Made by a program: the position numbers and the translations under genes. Positions 26,159 to 34,451 of a stretch of DNA of 64,000 nt are shown piece by piece (the stretch's first letter is position 1; each line of letters opens with the position of its first letter). The notes under the pieces are model-generated. The model saw only the letters and a list, made by a program, of their open reading frames with translations. It searched no databases and was not told the DNA's origin. The DNA is from a virus, in IMG/VR virus record IMGVR_UViG_3300045988_131721, positions 1 through 64,000 of that record; one strand, given 5' to 3'.

Positions 26159-26410
26159 ATTATAAAAAATATATTAGATAAATATAAAGAGTTAACTTTT
26201 ACTGTGGAGGATGATACTTACTATGTAAGTCAAGCGATACGTCAATATGACATTTTAAAATCTTATTTCAATGGTGAAGAATCTAAAGAAGACACTATAG
26301 ACACTCTTGCTAATGAATGTGATTGTCCAGAAGCGTATAAAGTAACAGGTTGTAAAAAGATGACATGCAAAGAATGTTGGGAAAAAATTATAGATTATAA
26401 GGAGGAATAA
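26159..26410 (+). CDS. Hypothetical Cys-containing protein, probably with a non-ATG (ATT) start
   Basis: The frame is open from 26120. SD agggagg lies 5 nt before the ATT at 26159. The track start (GTG at 26204) has no SD. Confidence 0.5.
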   Translation: MIKNILDKYKELTFTVEDDTYYVSQAIRQYDILKSYFNGEESKEDTIDTLANECDCPEAYKVTGCKKMTCKECWEKIIDYKEE

Positions 26411-26413
26411 TAT

Positions 26414-26845
26414 ATGAATAAAGAAAATTGGAAAAAATTTAAAGAAGGGGAATTAATAATCCATTTTGAAGAAATTAATGATGTAAGAGATTTTTACGAA
26501 CAAAGTAAAATTTGTTTACCAGAAGAAGAAAATTTATTTTCATTATTATACACAATGTATAATAACTATGGATATAACTCTTGCATAAGACGTGAATATA
26601 AAAAGGATTATAGAGATTTACTTGTTTATGGAGATGTTAGTTTTTATAAAAATAAATATAGTCACCTACCTATTATAACTTGGAAAGATTTTGTTAAGCA
26701 ACCTAAAACACACAATATAGAAATTAATGGTGTTGTTATATCTGAAATGGATGAAGAAAAATTTATTGATGAATTTATAACATGGGTAGAAAGTATTGGA
26801 GGAAGTTATTTAGGAATAACAAAAGAAATAGAAGAAAATAATTAA
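26414..26845 (+). CDS. Hypothetical protein (paralog of the 25601-26100 product)
   Basis: 143 aa. SD aaggagg. Ends ...EENN in the 15-mer. Confidence 0.65.
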   Translation: MNKENWKKFKEGELIIHFEEINDVRDFYEQSKICLPEEENLFSLLYTMYNNYGYNSCIRREYKKDYRDLLVYGDVSFYKNKYSHLPIITWKDFVKQPKTHNIEINGVVISEMDEEKFIDEFITWVESIGGSYLGITKEIEENN

Positions 26846-26868
26846 TAATAAAAGGAAGGAATGTAATT

Positions 26869-27072
26869 ATGAAATTTTTAGAATTAATGTATTGTAATGG
26901 TGTGATGGAGTGTATGAAAACAAACTATGATTACAAATTAGGAGATACGATATATGTGAATGATTATCACGATTTATTTAAATGTGTAAAAATAACAAGA
27001 GAATTTAACGATATATATTATCATTTTAAACAGGGTAAGGTAACTTATGATTTTGAATGGGAGGTTATATAA
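26869..27072 (+). CDS. Hypothetical protein
   Basis: 67 aa. SD aaggaagg. Confidence 0.6.
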   Translation: MKFLELMYCNGVMECMKTNYDYKLGDTIYVNDYHDLFKCVKITREFNDIYYHFKQGKVTYDFEWEVI

Positions 27073-27119
27073 TATGAATAAATTAATAGAAATAGACGAT
27101 TAAAAATAATTAATAAAAT

Positions 27120-27161
27120 CTTGCCAAAGGTATTGACTTTTGGCAAGTAAGTTCATATAAT
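27120..27161 (+). promoter_or_regulatory. Sigma-A promoter of the sigma-factor operon, wrapped in a perfect 9-bp inverted repeat (operator candidate)
   Basis: CTTGCCAAA (27120-27128) pairs with TTTGGCAAG (27139-27147). -35 TTGACT at 27133-27138, 17-nt spacer, TATAAT at 27156-27161. Confidence 0.65.
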
Positions 27162-27196
27162 ATATAATATAAGATATAATAAAGGGGGAATAAAAA

Positions 27197-27748
27197 ATGG
27201 AAGATAAAGCCTATACGGATTTAATGATATCATTGACGGAAAGAATATTTAAAAAGAATTACAATTATATGTTAGACGCAAAGGATGATATGATTGGCGA
27301 TGCTTTCTTAAATCTTTGGAGTGCCAAAGACAAATATGATAGCAATAAGGCTAAAATTAATACCTACATGACCAAAATAATTAACAATTCATTTAAGAAA
27401 TATATCAGAGATAATATTTATCGACATCAAGATAAATATATTCATATAGAGCAAGAAAGCGAAGAAGGATATATATTAGGTTTAGAGGATATTATAGGAG
27501 CTGTGGATGTCAATTATAATGACGTTGAATTTAAAGAACTTATAAATAGATTTGATAAATACATAGAAGAAAAAAATAGGCATCAAAGTAGGAAAACAAA
27601 TCTTGAAGAGTTACATTATATAATAAGGAAATGTGACGAAGGATATACGCAGGTTGAAATAGCAAATACTTTAAAGGTTAGTCAAAATACAATTAAAAAG
27701 AAGATACATAAAATGAGAGACATAATAACTGAAATTAAAAATAATTAA
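27197..27748 (+). CDS. Small alternative sigma factor (sigma-70 family, ECF/TcdR-like size)
   Basis: 183 aa. Region 2-like DDMIGDAFLNLW and region 4 HTH GYTQVEIANTLKVSQNTIKKKIHKMR. Ends ITEIKNN in the 15-mer. Confidence 0.75.
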   Translation: MEDKAYTDLMISLTERIFKKNYNYMLDAKDDMIGDAFLNLWSAKDKYDSNKAKINTYMTKIINNSFKKYIRDNIYRHQDKYIHIEQESEEGYILGLEDIIGAVDVNYNDVEFKELINRFDKYIEEKNRHQSRKTNLEELHYIIRKCDEGYTQVEIANTLKVSQNTIKKKIHKMRDIITEIKNN

Positions 27749-27776
27749 TAAACTAGGGATAACGGGGGATAACAAT

Positions 27777-28343
27777 ATGAGTGTAATGATAACTGATGTA
27801 GAATACACAAGTGTAATATTAGAATTAACTGGTAAGATATACAATAAAAGTTATAATGGATTCAATTCCATTAAAGATGATATGATTCAATATGCCTTGC
27901 TTCAATGCTGGGCAAGTAAAAATAAATATGATAAAACTAAAGGGGATGTAAAATCATTTACAGCATCAATAATATATAATTCATACAATTTATATATTAG
28001 AGATAATATATATAAGCATAAAGACAAATTAACTTCTATGGATGCTAATATATCTAACGATGAAGAAGAAAATTCTCTATTAGATACTATAGGGAAAATA
28101 GATTTAGAATATCAAAATATCGAATATATAGAATTATTAAAAGAATTTGATGATGTAATTGCAATGCGTAATAAAGGGAAATTTAATAAAATAAATGCTA
28201 AAGAATTACATATAATTAAAGATATGTTAATGGATGGATACAAACAATCTGAAATAGCTAAAAAGTTAAATGTAAGCAGTGTGACAATTAATAGAAAAAT
28301 TAATTTAATTAAAGATATAATTACAGAAATTAAAAATAATTAA
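27777..28343 (+). CDS. Small alternative sigma factor, paralog of 27197-27748
   Basis: 188 aa. DDMIQYALLQCW and the HTH GYKQSEIAKKLNVSSVTINRKINLIK. Same C-terminus ITEIKNN. Confidence 0.75.
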   Translation: MSVMITDVEYTSVILELTGKIYNKSYNGFNSIKDDMIQYALLQCWASKNKYDKTKGDVKSFTASIIYNSYNLYIRDNIYKHKDKLTSMDANISNDEEENSLLDTIGKIDLEYQNIEYIELLKEFDDVIAMRNKGKFNKINAKELHIIKDMLMDGYKQSEIAKKLNVSSVTINRKINLIKDIITEIKNN

Positions 28344-28359
28344 TAAAGGAGAGATAAAT

Positions 28360-28473
28360 ATGAATGGACTAATAATGATAGAAAATGATAAAAACTTTAT
28401 ACCTGTTTATAAAACAGACAAAAACATAAAAGTTGTAAAATCAATTAATACAAAGAAATACAATATTACCTAA
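28360..28473 (+). CDS. 37 aa ORF, possibly the 5' part of a split gene
   Basis: SD aaaggagag. The following ORF frame (28490-28768) is open back to 28439 in the +1 frame. Confidence 0.35.
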   Translation: MNGLIMIENDKNFIPVYKTDKNIKVVKSINTKKYNIT

Positions 28474-28489
28474 AGAATTAAAATGTGAA

Positions 28490-28768
28490 ATGGATGATTT
28501 TATTAAAGAAGCTAAAGAAATAAAAGGTCTAGTGCATGTTAAAAAGAAAGATAGTAATACATATGTAAAACAAATAAAACGATATTTAGGTATAAATAAA
28601 ATATCAGATGATAAGTATGGGTATAATACAATTAAAGATATGTTTTTATCTAAATTTGAAGTAGATAAGTTTGAAGATATAACTGTATCACCAGAGAATA
28701 TATTGGAGTTAGATAAAATATGTAAATCTTATACAAGGAAATTTGAACAGATAAGTATATTTGATTAA
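28490..28768 (+). CDS. Hypothetical protein
   Basis: 92 aa. No SD directly upstream. Confidence 0.45.
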   Translation: MDDFIKEAKEIKGLVHVKKKDSNTYVKQIKRYLGINKISDDKYGYNTIKDMFLSKFEVDKFEDITVSPENILELDKICKSYTRKFEQISIFD

Positions 28769-28840
28769 AAATAATTAATAAAAGGTATTGATTTTTTATA
28801 TGAAAAGTGATATAATTATATGTAGAAGGAGGTAGATATT

Positions 28841-29617
28841 ATGAAAAATATAAATCGAGAAGAATTAAATAAAATATTAAAGGAACATGAATTATGGTTA
28901 GAAGGAGAAGGAGGAAAATGTGCCGATTTAAGTAACACTGATTTAAGTAATACCGATTTAAAATGTGCTAATTTAAAAAATGCTAATTTAAGAGGTGTTA
29001 ATTTAAGTAACACTGATTTAAGTAATATTAATTTAAGTAATGCTAATTTAAAATATGCCAATTTAAGATTTACTGATTTAAGTGGTGCTGATTTAAGTGG
29101 TGCTGATTTAAGATGTGCTAAGTTAATTAATGCTGATTTAAGATTTACTGATTTGAGTAGTGCTAATTTAAGATTTACTGATTTGAGTAATGCCGATTTA
29201 AGATTCACTGATTTAAGATTTACTGATTTAAGTGGTGCTGATTTAAGTGATGCTGATTTAAAAGATATAAAAACAAATATTCATACTATCGGTTATAATC
29301 TAGCTTGTCCAGAAAAAGGTGGTTTTATAGGATATAAGAAAGCTAGTGGATGTCTAATCGAATTATTGATATTAGAAGATGCTAAAAGAAGTAGTGCAAC
29401 TACAGCGAAATGTAGATGTGATAAAGCTAAAGTATTGGAAATAAGAGATATTAAAACAGGGAAGAAAGTAAATAAGGTAAATAGTGACTATAATGTTAAT
29501 TTTATATACGAAGTTGGAGAAATAATACATGTAGATGATTTTGATAATAATAGATGGAATGAGTGTAGTACTGGAATACATTTCTTTGTGAATAAAGAAA
29601 ATGCAATAAATTATTAA
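28841..29617 (+). CDS. Pentapeptide-repeat protein with a C-terminal globular domain
   Basis: About 22 consecutive A(D/N)LxX pentapeptides (ADLSNTDLSNTDLKCANLKNANLRG...). The C-terminal domain carries a GIHFF motif related to the N-domain of 34452-35333. Confidence 0.85.
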   Translation: MKNINREELNKILKEHELWLEGEGGKCADLSNTDLSNTDLKCANLKNANLRGVNLSNTDLSNINLSNANLKYANLRFTDLSGADLSGADLRCAKLINADLRFTDLSSANLRFTDLSNADLRFTDLRFTDLSGADLSDADLKDIKTNIHTIGYNLACPEKGGFIGYKKASGCLIELLILEDAKRSSATTAKCRCDKAKVLEIRDIKTGKKVNKVNSDYNVNFIYEVGEIIHVDDFDNNRWNECSTGIHFFVNKENAINY

Positions 29618-29651
29618 TAAGACATTGAAGTAAAAATAATTAATAAAAACA

Positions 29652-29679
29652 TTGACAATATAAATAAAAGTATTATAAT
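29652..29679 (+). promoter_or_regulatory. Sigma-A-type promoter after a 15-mer copy
   Basis: TTGACA at 29652-29657, 16-nt spacer, TATAAT at 29674-29679. Confidence 0.65.
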
Positions 29680-29702
29680 TATATGTATAAGGGGTAAATA
29701 TT

Positions 29703-29873
29703 ATGTTTAATATTAATGATTGGATTTATTACCGACCAAAGAAAGGAACTAAGAAAATAAAATGTAGAGTTATAGGGGTTACATACGACTTGACTAACTT
29801 TAAGTATATACTGGAAACCAATGACGAAAGAGTTATCGAAAATGTAAGCATAACAAAGTTAAGCGATAGATAA
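29703..29873 (+). CDS. Hypothetical 56 aa protein
   Basis: SD aaggggt. The supplied antisense ORF 29729-29980 is judged spurious. Confidence 0.5.
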   Translation: MFNINDWIYYRPKKGTKKIKCRVIGVTYDLTNFKYILETNDERVIENVSITKLSDR

Positions 29874-29900
29874 AAATAATTAATAAAAGGAGAAATTGAT

Positions 29901-30320
29901 ATGAATAAACAAAATTTAAAAAATGGTATGGGTGTAGAATTTAGAAATGAAACAATTGAGTATTTAATAGATGATAACATATATATTAAATGCGACGATT
30001 TGATGCAGTTAGAGGGAAGTAAAGATTGGTTTTTAAAAGAATATAATGATGATTTAACACATAAATTTAATTATGAATGGGATATAGTTAAAGTATTTAC
30101 TATTGAAGGACAAATATTATGGAAAAGAGATAAACAACAAATTAATGATTTGATAGATTTTATAAAAAATGAGGACATAGAGGTTGTTAAAGAATTTTTT
30201 AAATTATATGGTATAGAATTTACTAAAACTAAAGAACCTAAAACAGAGAGTATGAGAGTTAGTAAAATTGGGAGAGAAGATTTAGAAGAAAAAATTAGAA
30301 AAATAATAGATATAATATAA
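29901..30320 (+). CDS. Hypothetical protein (N-domain paralogous to 37916-38485)
   Basis: Shared MNK..LKNGM.FE.RN........YNDD....N.E.DI..V......W.R pattern. Confidence 0.65.
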   Translation: MNKQNLKNGMGVEFRNETIEYLIDDNIYIKCDDLMQLEGSKDWFLKEYNDDLTHKFNYEWDIVKVFTIEGQILWKRDKQQINDLIDFIKNEDIEVVKEFFKLYGIEFTKTKEPKTESMRVSKIGREDLEEKIRKIIDII

Positions 30321-30332
30321 GGAGGTGAATAT

Positions 30333-30701
30333 ATGAGCCAAGTTATGTATATAATTGTAAATCAAGATTTAAACATGAATGCAGGACAAATAGGCACTTA
30401 TACAGCATGGTCTGTACTTGATTATATACATTGGAAGTTACCTGCAAATATAGGTAACTATGATAATTTAAAGATATATCGAGCTTTAGATAAACGAATA
30501 TCTGATTTCAAAGAGTATGGGGGTGAAATAATCATATTTAAAGCACATGAAAAAGATTTACTTAAATTAGAAAGAGAAGGTTATTTGGCAATAAGAACTA
30601 AAGGTTTAACTGGAACTAATTCAGATAATATAGTTACTGTTAATTTAGGTATATATAATAAAGATATACCTAAATGGATTAAAAAATTTGAAACTTTATA
30701 A
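30333..30701 (+). CDS. Possible PTH2-like (peptidyl-tRNA hydrolase 2 fold) protein
   Basis: MYIIVNQDLNMNAGQIGTYTAWS and IIIFKAHEKDLLKLE...GLTGTN..NIVTVNLG resemble the PTH2 pattern. Judged by eye only. Confidence 0.4.
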   Translation: MSQVMYIIVNQDLNMNAGQIGTYTAWSVLDYIHWKLPANIGNYDNLKIYRALDKRISDFKEYGGEIIIFKAHEKDLLKLEREGYLAIRTKGLTGTNSDNIVTVNLGIYNKDIPKWIKKFETL

Positions 30702-30729
30702 AAATAATTAATAAAAGGGGAGATGAGTT

Positions 30730-30909
30730 ATGATGGAAGAATTAATAGAAAAAATGGAAAGATTGGAAGAGTTAGTAATAAATACTATATGTGATAGTCA
30801 AAGTATATGCAATTACTATTGTGAAACTTGCGATGTGCATAAAGATATAAATGAAATAAAAGAAGAATTTGAAGATTTGAAACAGTTATTAGAATTATCA
30901 AATATGTAA
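30730..30909 (+). CDS. Hypothetical 59 aa Cys-containing protein
   Basis: SD aaagggg. The supplied antisense ORF 30785-31207 is judged spurious. Confidence 0.5.
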   Translation: MMEELIEKMERLEELVINTICDSQSICNYYCETCDVHKDINEIKEEFEDLKQLLELSNM

Positions 30910-30935
30910 AAATAATTAATAAAGGAAGTGATAAC

Positions 30936-31688
30936 TTGGAAGAATTAGAAAGAAAAGATGTTATAATAATAAAAATGGAAAAAGAAAAAATAGTAAAACA
31001 AGTAATAAAACCACCCTTCATTTTTGAAACAAACCAAAATTCAATAGTCATTCCAACTAAAGAATTGATAAAAATGAAGGATAGTGACTTTAGAGTTTTA
31101 CTTGGAATAAGTGGATTAACTAATTGTGAAGATGTAGAGCAAGAAGGTAATAATGCTAGATACATAGATTTAAAGAAATTAGATAAGTATGTTATAGATT
31201 TGACCAAAACTATAGGTATAGATATATCTAATTTTAATAAAAAAATTAGAACAATGTTAAGAAAAAATTCAGATGAATTTAAACTGATACAATATATAAA
31301 CGATAAAGGAAATAAAGTAAATTGTTATGAGATTAATTATGAAAGTGGTGGATTTGTAACAATACCTAAAGCTAAAGCTGAAAGAGCCTTGTTAACATTA
31401 GGAAATAATCCTATTAAAATGTATTGCAATTTATTATGGTTGTGTCAATTTGACGGTAAATTTAAACCTACTCATGTTACACAACCAACATTAGCTACAT
31501 TAATGGGATTAAGTCCTAATAGTGAAAGAATAGTTAAGGCTAGTATGCAGACATTAATAAATGAAGACTTTATAGAAGTAAATAAAATTAAGCAAGCAGT
31601 TACAGTTATAGATAAAAATGGATTACCAGTAACACAAACTAGAACTAAACTAGAGTATAATATAATAGTAGAAGAAGAGAATTTTTAA
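30936..31688 (+). CDS. Hypothetical protein with a probable wHTH (TTG start)
   Basis: SD aaggaagtga 4 nt before the TTG. HVTQPTLATLMGLSPNSERIVKASMQTLINEDFI looks like a winged helix. Confidence 0.55.
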   Translation: MEELERKDVIIIKMEKEKIVKQVIKPPFIFETNQNSIVIPTKELIKMKDSDFRVLLGISGLTNCEDVEQEGNNARYIDLKKLDKYVIDLTKTIGIDISNFNKKIRTMLRKNSDEFKLIQYINDKGNKVNCYEINYESGGFVTIPKAKAERALLTLGNNPIKMYCNLLWLCQFDGKFKPTHVTQPTLATLMGLSPNSERIVKASMQTLINEDFIEVNKIKQAVTVIDKNGLPVTQTRTKLEYNIIVEEENF

Positions 31689-31721
31689 ATGTGTAAATTG
31701 AAGTGAAAACTGAAAATTTAC

Positions 31722-31763
31722 TCTATAATAATCTATAATAATATCTATAATATATCTATAATA
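31722..31763 (+). repeat. Four phased copies of TCTATAATA (10-12 bp period)
   Basis: Copies at 31722, 31732, 31744 and 31755. Confidence 0.8.
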
Positions 31764-31898
31764 ACCTCGCACTTTTGTATGGGGGTAGGTGGAATTTAGG
31801 TAGTGTAAAAATGGAAAAAAGTAATAGCTGAATGGTAAAATTTGCCTAACTGTTGAAATTACTAGCTTTAAGGAATATAATTAAAAACAATTAACAAA

Positions 31899-31931
31899 TC
31901 GTAGGTATTTTTCTAAGAATAATTGTCGATG
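31899..31931 (+). promoter_or_regulatory. Degenerate class-2 promoter-like box
   Basis: Reads TCgTAGGTAtTTTTc taagaataatt GTcgATg: 12 of 15 and 4 of 7 matches with the correct 11-nt spacing. Confidence 0.3.
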
Positions 31932-31951
31932 TATAAATGGGAGTGGTGGTC

Positions 31952-32728
31952 ATGAGTAAGATTGATAGAATAGGAGAAAAGAATATTAATAATTTCGGTA
32001 GTGAAATGGTTATAATAGAATACAAGAATGTACACGATATAGATGTATATTTTCCAGAATATGATTGGATTTTTAAAAGTGCAACATATCAATCTTTTAA
32101 AAAAGGAAGTATTAAATGCCCTTATGATAGAAGTATATATGGTGTAGGATATATTGGTGAAGGTGAATATAAAATATGGGAAAATGATAAAACAACTAAG
32201 GTTTATGATACTTGGCAAAGTATGCTAAAAAGATGTTATAACGAGAAATATCATAAGAAACGTCCAACATATATCGGTTGTGAAGTGTATAAAGATTGGT
32301 TGAATTTTCAAAACTTTGCTAAATGGTATAAGGATAATTATTATGAGGTTGGTAATGAAAAGATGTGCTTGGATAAGGATATATTATTTAAAGGAAATAA
32401 AATATATTCACCAGATACATGTATATTTGTACCAGAAACAATAAATAAATTATTTATTAAAAATGATAAAAATAGAGGAGAATCAGTTATAGGTGCAACA
32501 CTTTGTAAAAATGGTAAATATCAAGCACAATGTAATATTATTAACCCAGAAACTGGAAAATCAAAACAAGAATATTTAGGTAGATACGATACTCAAGAAA
32601 AAGCTTTTCAAGTTTATAAATACCACAAAGAACGTAACATAAAACAAATAGCTGATTATTATAAGATACATATTCCACAGAAATTATATGATGCAATGTA
32701 TAATTATGAAGTTGAGATTGATGATTAA
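31952..32728 (+). CDS. Free-standing homing-endonuclease-like protein (HNH-related core plus AP2-type DNA-binding domain), family A copy 1
   Basis: Start moved to MSKIDRIG (SD gggagtgg). The GKYQAQ...GKSKQEYLGRYDTQEKAFQVY segment is AP2-like. Paralogs at 42822 and 62435. Confidence 0.6.
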   Translation: MSKIDRIGEKNINNFGSEMVIIEYKNVHDIDVYFPEYDWIFKSATYQSFKKGSIKCPYDRSIYGVGYIGEGEYKIWENDKTTKVYDTWQSMLKRCYNEKYHKKRPTYIGCEVYKDWLNFQNFAKWYKDNYYEVGNEKMCLDKDILFKGNKIYSPDTCIFVPETINKLFIKNDKNRGESVIGATLCKNGKYQAQCNIINPETGKSKQEYLGRYDTQEKAFQVYKYHKERNIKQIADYYKIHIPQKLYDAMYNYEVEIDD

Positions 32729-32746
32729 AAATAATTAATAAAAGCA

Positions 32747-32774
32747 TTGACAAATAATTTTATTATGATATAAT
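32747..32774 (+). promoter_or_regulatory. Sigma-A-type promoter after a 15-mer copy
   Basis: TTGACA at 32747-32752 and TGaTATAAT ending at 32774. Confidence 0.65.
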
Positions 32775-32797
32775 TATTAATATAAGGTGGTGATTAG

Positions 32798-32996
32798 ATG
32801 ATTGAAAATGGGAAGATTTAAATTATTCTAGAGAAAATGTGAAATTATTAATTGATATTTGTAATGATTACAAGCCAAGTATTCAAATCAATATGTTTGA
32901 GGATTAATTACTCCTTTAACTAATGCAGAACCCCTTAAACAAGCATTTACAAGATATTTTGGATATTTCAATAAGAGTAGAGAACAGCTTATATAA
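32798..32996 (+). pseudogene. Probable decayed gene (three consecutive open segments in three frames)
   Basis: After a good promoter and SD, the ATG frame stops after 7 codons. Reading continues as WEDLNYSRENVKLL... (32809-32907), then ITPLTNAEPLKQAF... (32907-32996). Confidence 0.4.
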
Positions 32997-33077
32997 ATAA
33001 AAATTTTACAATATTTGTGAAGATATGTAACATATTTTTTGTAAATACATAATATATATTAAAAAGGGGTTGATATT

Positions 33078-33989
33078 ATGAATAAAAATACAAGTGTAGC
33101 GATAGATATAGGTAATATTACATCTATTGGTGTGTCAAATGAAAAAGAAGTTGTTATCGAATCAAGAATAAAAGAATATTATGGAGGTATCGATGATTTA
33201 ACATCACATGAAATTTTTGAATTTGACGGTAAAAAATATATAATTAACGAAGGAAAATTTGAATTTGATATTTTGAAATTTAAAAAAGATAATTATTTAA
33301 TGTTACTTTATTATTGTATTAGTAAATGTACTAATTTAAATAATATTAATCTTGTTACTTGTATCCCTGCTAGTAGATATAAATCTCGTAAAGACGAAAT
33401 GAAAGAATTTATAAAAAGTAATAGTAAAAAAACTGTAGTAATTGAAGGAAAGAAAAGAATAATAAACATTGAAAATATAGAAGTCTTTCCAGAGGGGTAT
33501 GCATTCAAAACAGATAAAAATATAATAAATAAAATATCAAAAAATGCCGATACAACATTTATAGACCTTGGAGGATTGACCAATGATATTGTAGAATTTG
33601 ATTCTGATATGAGATTAAAAAATGCTAACAGTATAAATATCGGATTGTTAACATTATATAATTCTGTAAAAGAATATATTAATACAACATATGATTTAGA
33701 TTTATCTATTGAAGAATGTAAAGCAATATTTAATAATGAACAAACATTATTAGTTGATAGTAAATTTGAATATAAAAATGAATTAGTTAAAAGATTTATA
33801 GTTAATTTAATAAATGAAATTAAAGCTGTTTGTCCTAATTTAAAAAATTCAAATATATTCTGTCTAGGTGGTGGAAGTAATATAATAGGTAGTACAATAA
33901 AAAAACTTTATCCACAGACAATTGTTTGTAATGATATAAAATTACAAACAAGATGTTTATTAAATATAGCTAATAAGTTATATAAGTAG
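33078..33989 (+). CDS. parM: ParM/Alp-type actin-like plasmid segregation ATPase
   Basis: Phosphate-1 AIDIGNITSIG, phosphate-2 FIDLGGLTNDI and adenosine motif CLGGGSNIIG. Confidence 0.8.
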   Translation: MNKNTSVAIDIGNITSIGVSNEKEVVIESRIKEYYGGIDDLTSHEIFEFDGKKYIINEGKFEFDILKFKKDNYLMLLYYCISKCTNLNNINLVTCIPASRYKSRKDEMKEFIKSNSKKTVVIEGKKRIINIENIEVFPEGYAFKTDKNIINKISKNADTTFIDLGGLTNDIVEFDSDMRLKNANSINIGLLTLYNSVKEYINTTYDLDLSIEECKAIFNNEQTLLVDSKFEYKNELVKRFIVNLINEIKAVCPNLKNSNIFCLGGGSNIIGSTIKKLYPQTIVCNDIKLQTRCLLNIANKLYK

Positions 33990-33999
33990 GTGAGTAATT

Positions 34000-34248
34000 A
34001 TGACAAAGACGATTAGAGAGGTTAGATTGACTTTTAATGAAAAAGATAAAGATATATCTGAATGGTTAAAAGGAAAATCAAGTCAAACAGCTTACATTAA
34101 AGACATTCTTCGATTACACATGCAGATTGAACAATCGTATTTAGCTAATGGCATGAATATAGAACAAAGTGTTTCACGTGAAACTGTAAATGTAGAAGAA
34201 AAGAAACAAGATGAGTTTGATTTTGATTTGAGTGATTTGAATTTATAA
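34000..34248 (+). CDS. ParR-like small DNA-binding adaptor (putative ribbon-helix-helix)
   Basis: 82 aa, immediately downstream of parM. Basic N-terminus and acidic C-terminal tail. Confidence 0.5.
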   Translation: MTKTIREVRLTFNEKDKDISEWLKGKSSQTAYIKDILRLHMQIEQSYLANGMNIEQSVSRETVNVEEKKQDEFDFDLSDLNL

Positions 34249-34308
34249 GGGGATTAATTTCCCCTCTAATTTTTAAAAAGGGAGGATATAAATAATATAA
34301 AATAATAA

Positions 34309-34341
34309 TCATAGGTAATTTTTATAAAGCTTATGTTAATA
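34309..34341 (+). promoter_or_regulatory. Class-2 promoter-like box
   Basis: Reads TCATAGGTAATTTTT ataaagcttat GTTAATA. Confidence 0.6.
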
Positions 34342-34362
34342 CAGTAATATAAGGTGGTAAAT

Positions 34363-34401
34363 ATGAAAAACTTAAAGTTTAGGGCATGGGATAAAGAATA
34401 A
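34363..34401 (+). pseudogene. 5' remnant of a YopX-family gene
   Basis: MKNLKFRAWDKE followed by a stop. KFRAWDK is the characteristic YopX N-terminus. The rest of the gene is absent. Confidence 0.5.
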
Positions 34402-34451
34402 AAAGAATGGATGGAACAAAAAATTATTATTAATGAAAAGGAGAGAAAGAT

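Noticed and set aside
28360-28768. Programmed +1 frameshift joining 28360-28473 to 28490-28768
   Set aside because: The frames overlap (28439-28473), but there is no recognisable shifty site and no paralog carrying the two parts in one frame. It is more likely a split or decayed gene or two independent small ORFs.
28816-29208. 130-aa minus-strand ORF and CRISPR-like 15-bp periodic DNA repeats
   Set aside because: The periodicity comes from the plus-strand pentapeptide-repeat coding sequence (A(D/N)LxX units). The antisense ORF is just the mirror of that repeat (LKSA/LKLA). There are no spacer-like unique segments and no SD.
30785-31207. 140-aa minus-strand ORF (and similar antisense ORFs at 21209-21484, 23535-23876, 25344-25547, 29729-29980, 38056-38343, 57660-58085, 60338-60640)
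   Set aside because: All lie antisense to better-supported plus-strand genes with SDs and recognisable motifs or paralogs. They give Ser/Ile/Leu/Phe-rich translations typical of the reverse strand of AT-rich coding DNA.
31689-32728. Group I intron carrying the endonuclease gene
   Set aside because: The flanking ORFs (30936-31688 and the decayed gene after 32728) do not look like two halves of one gene. I could not find convincing P/Q/R/S-type conserved intron elements by eye. The endonuclease-like genes appear free-standing.
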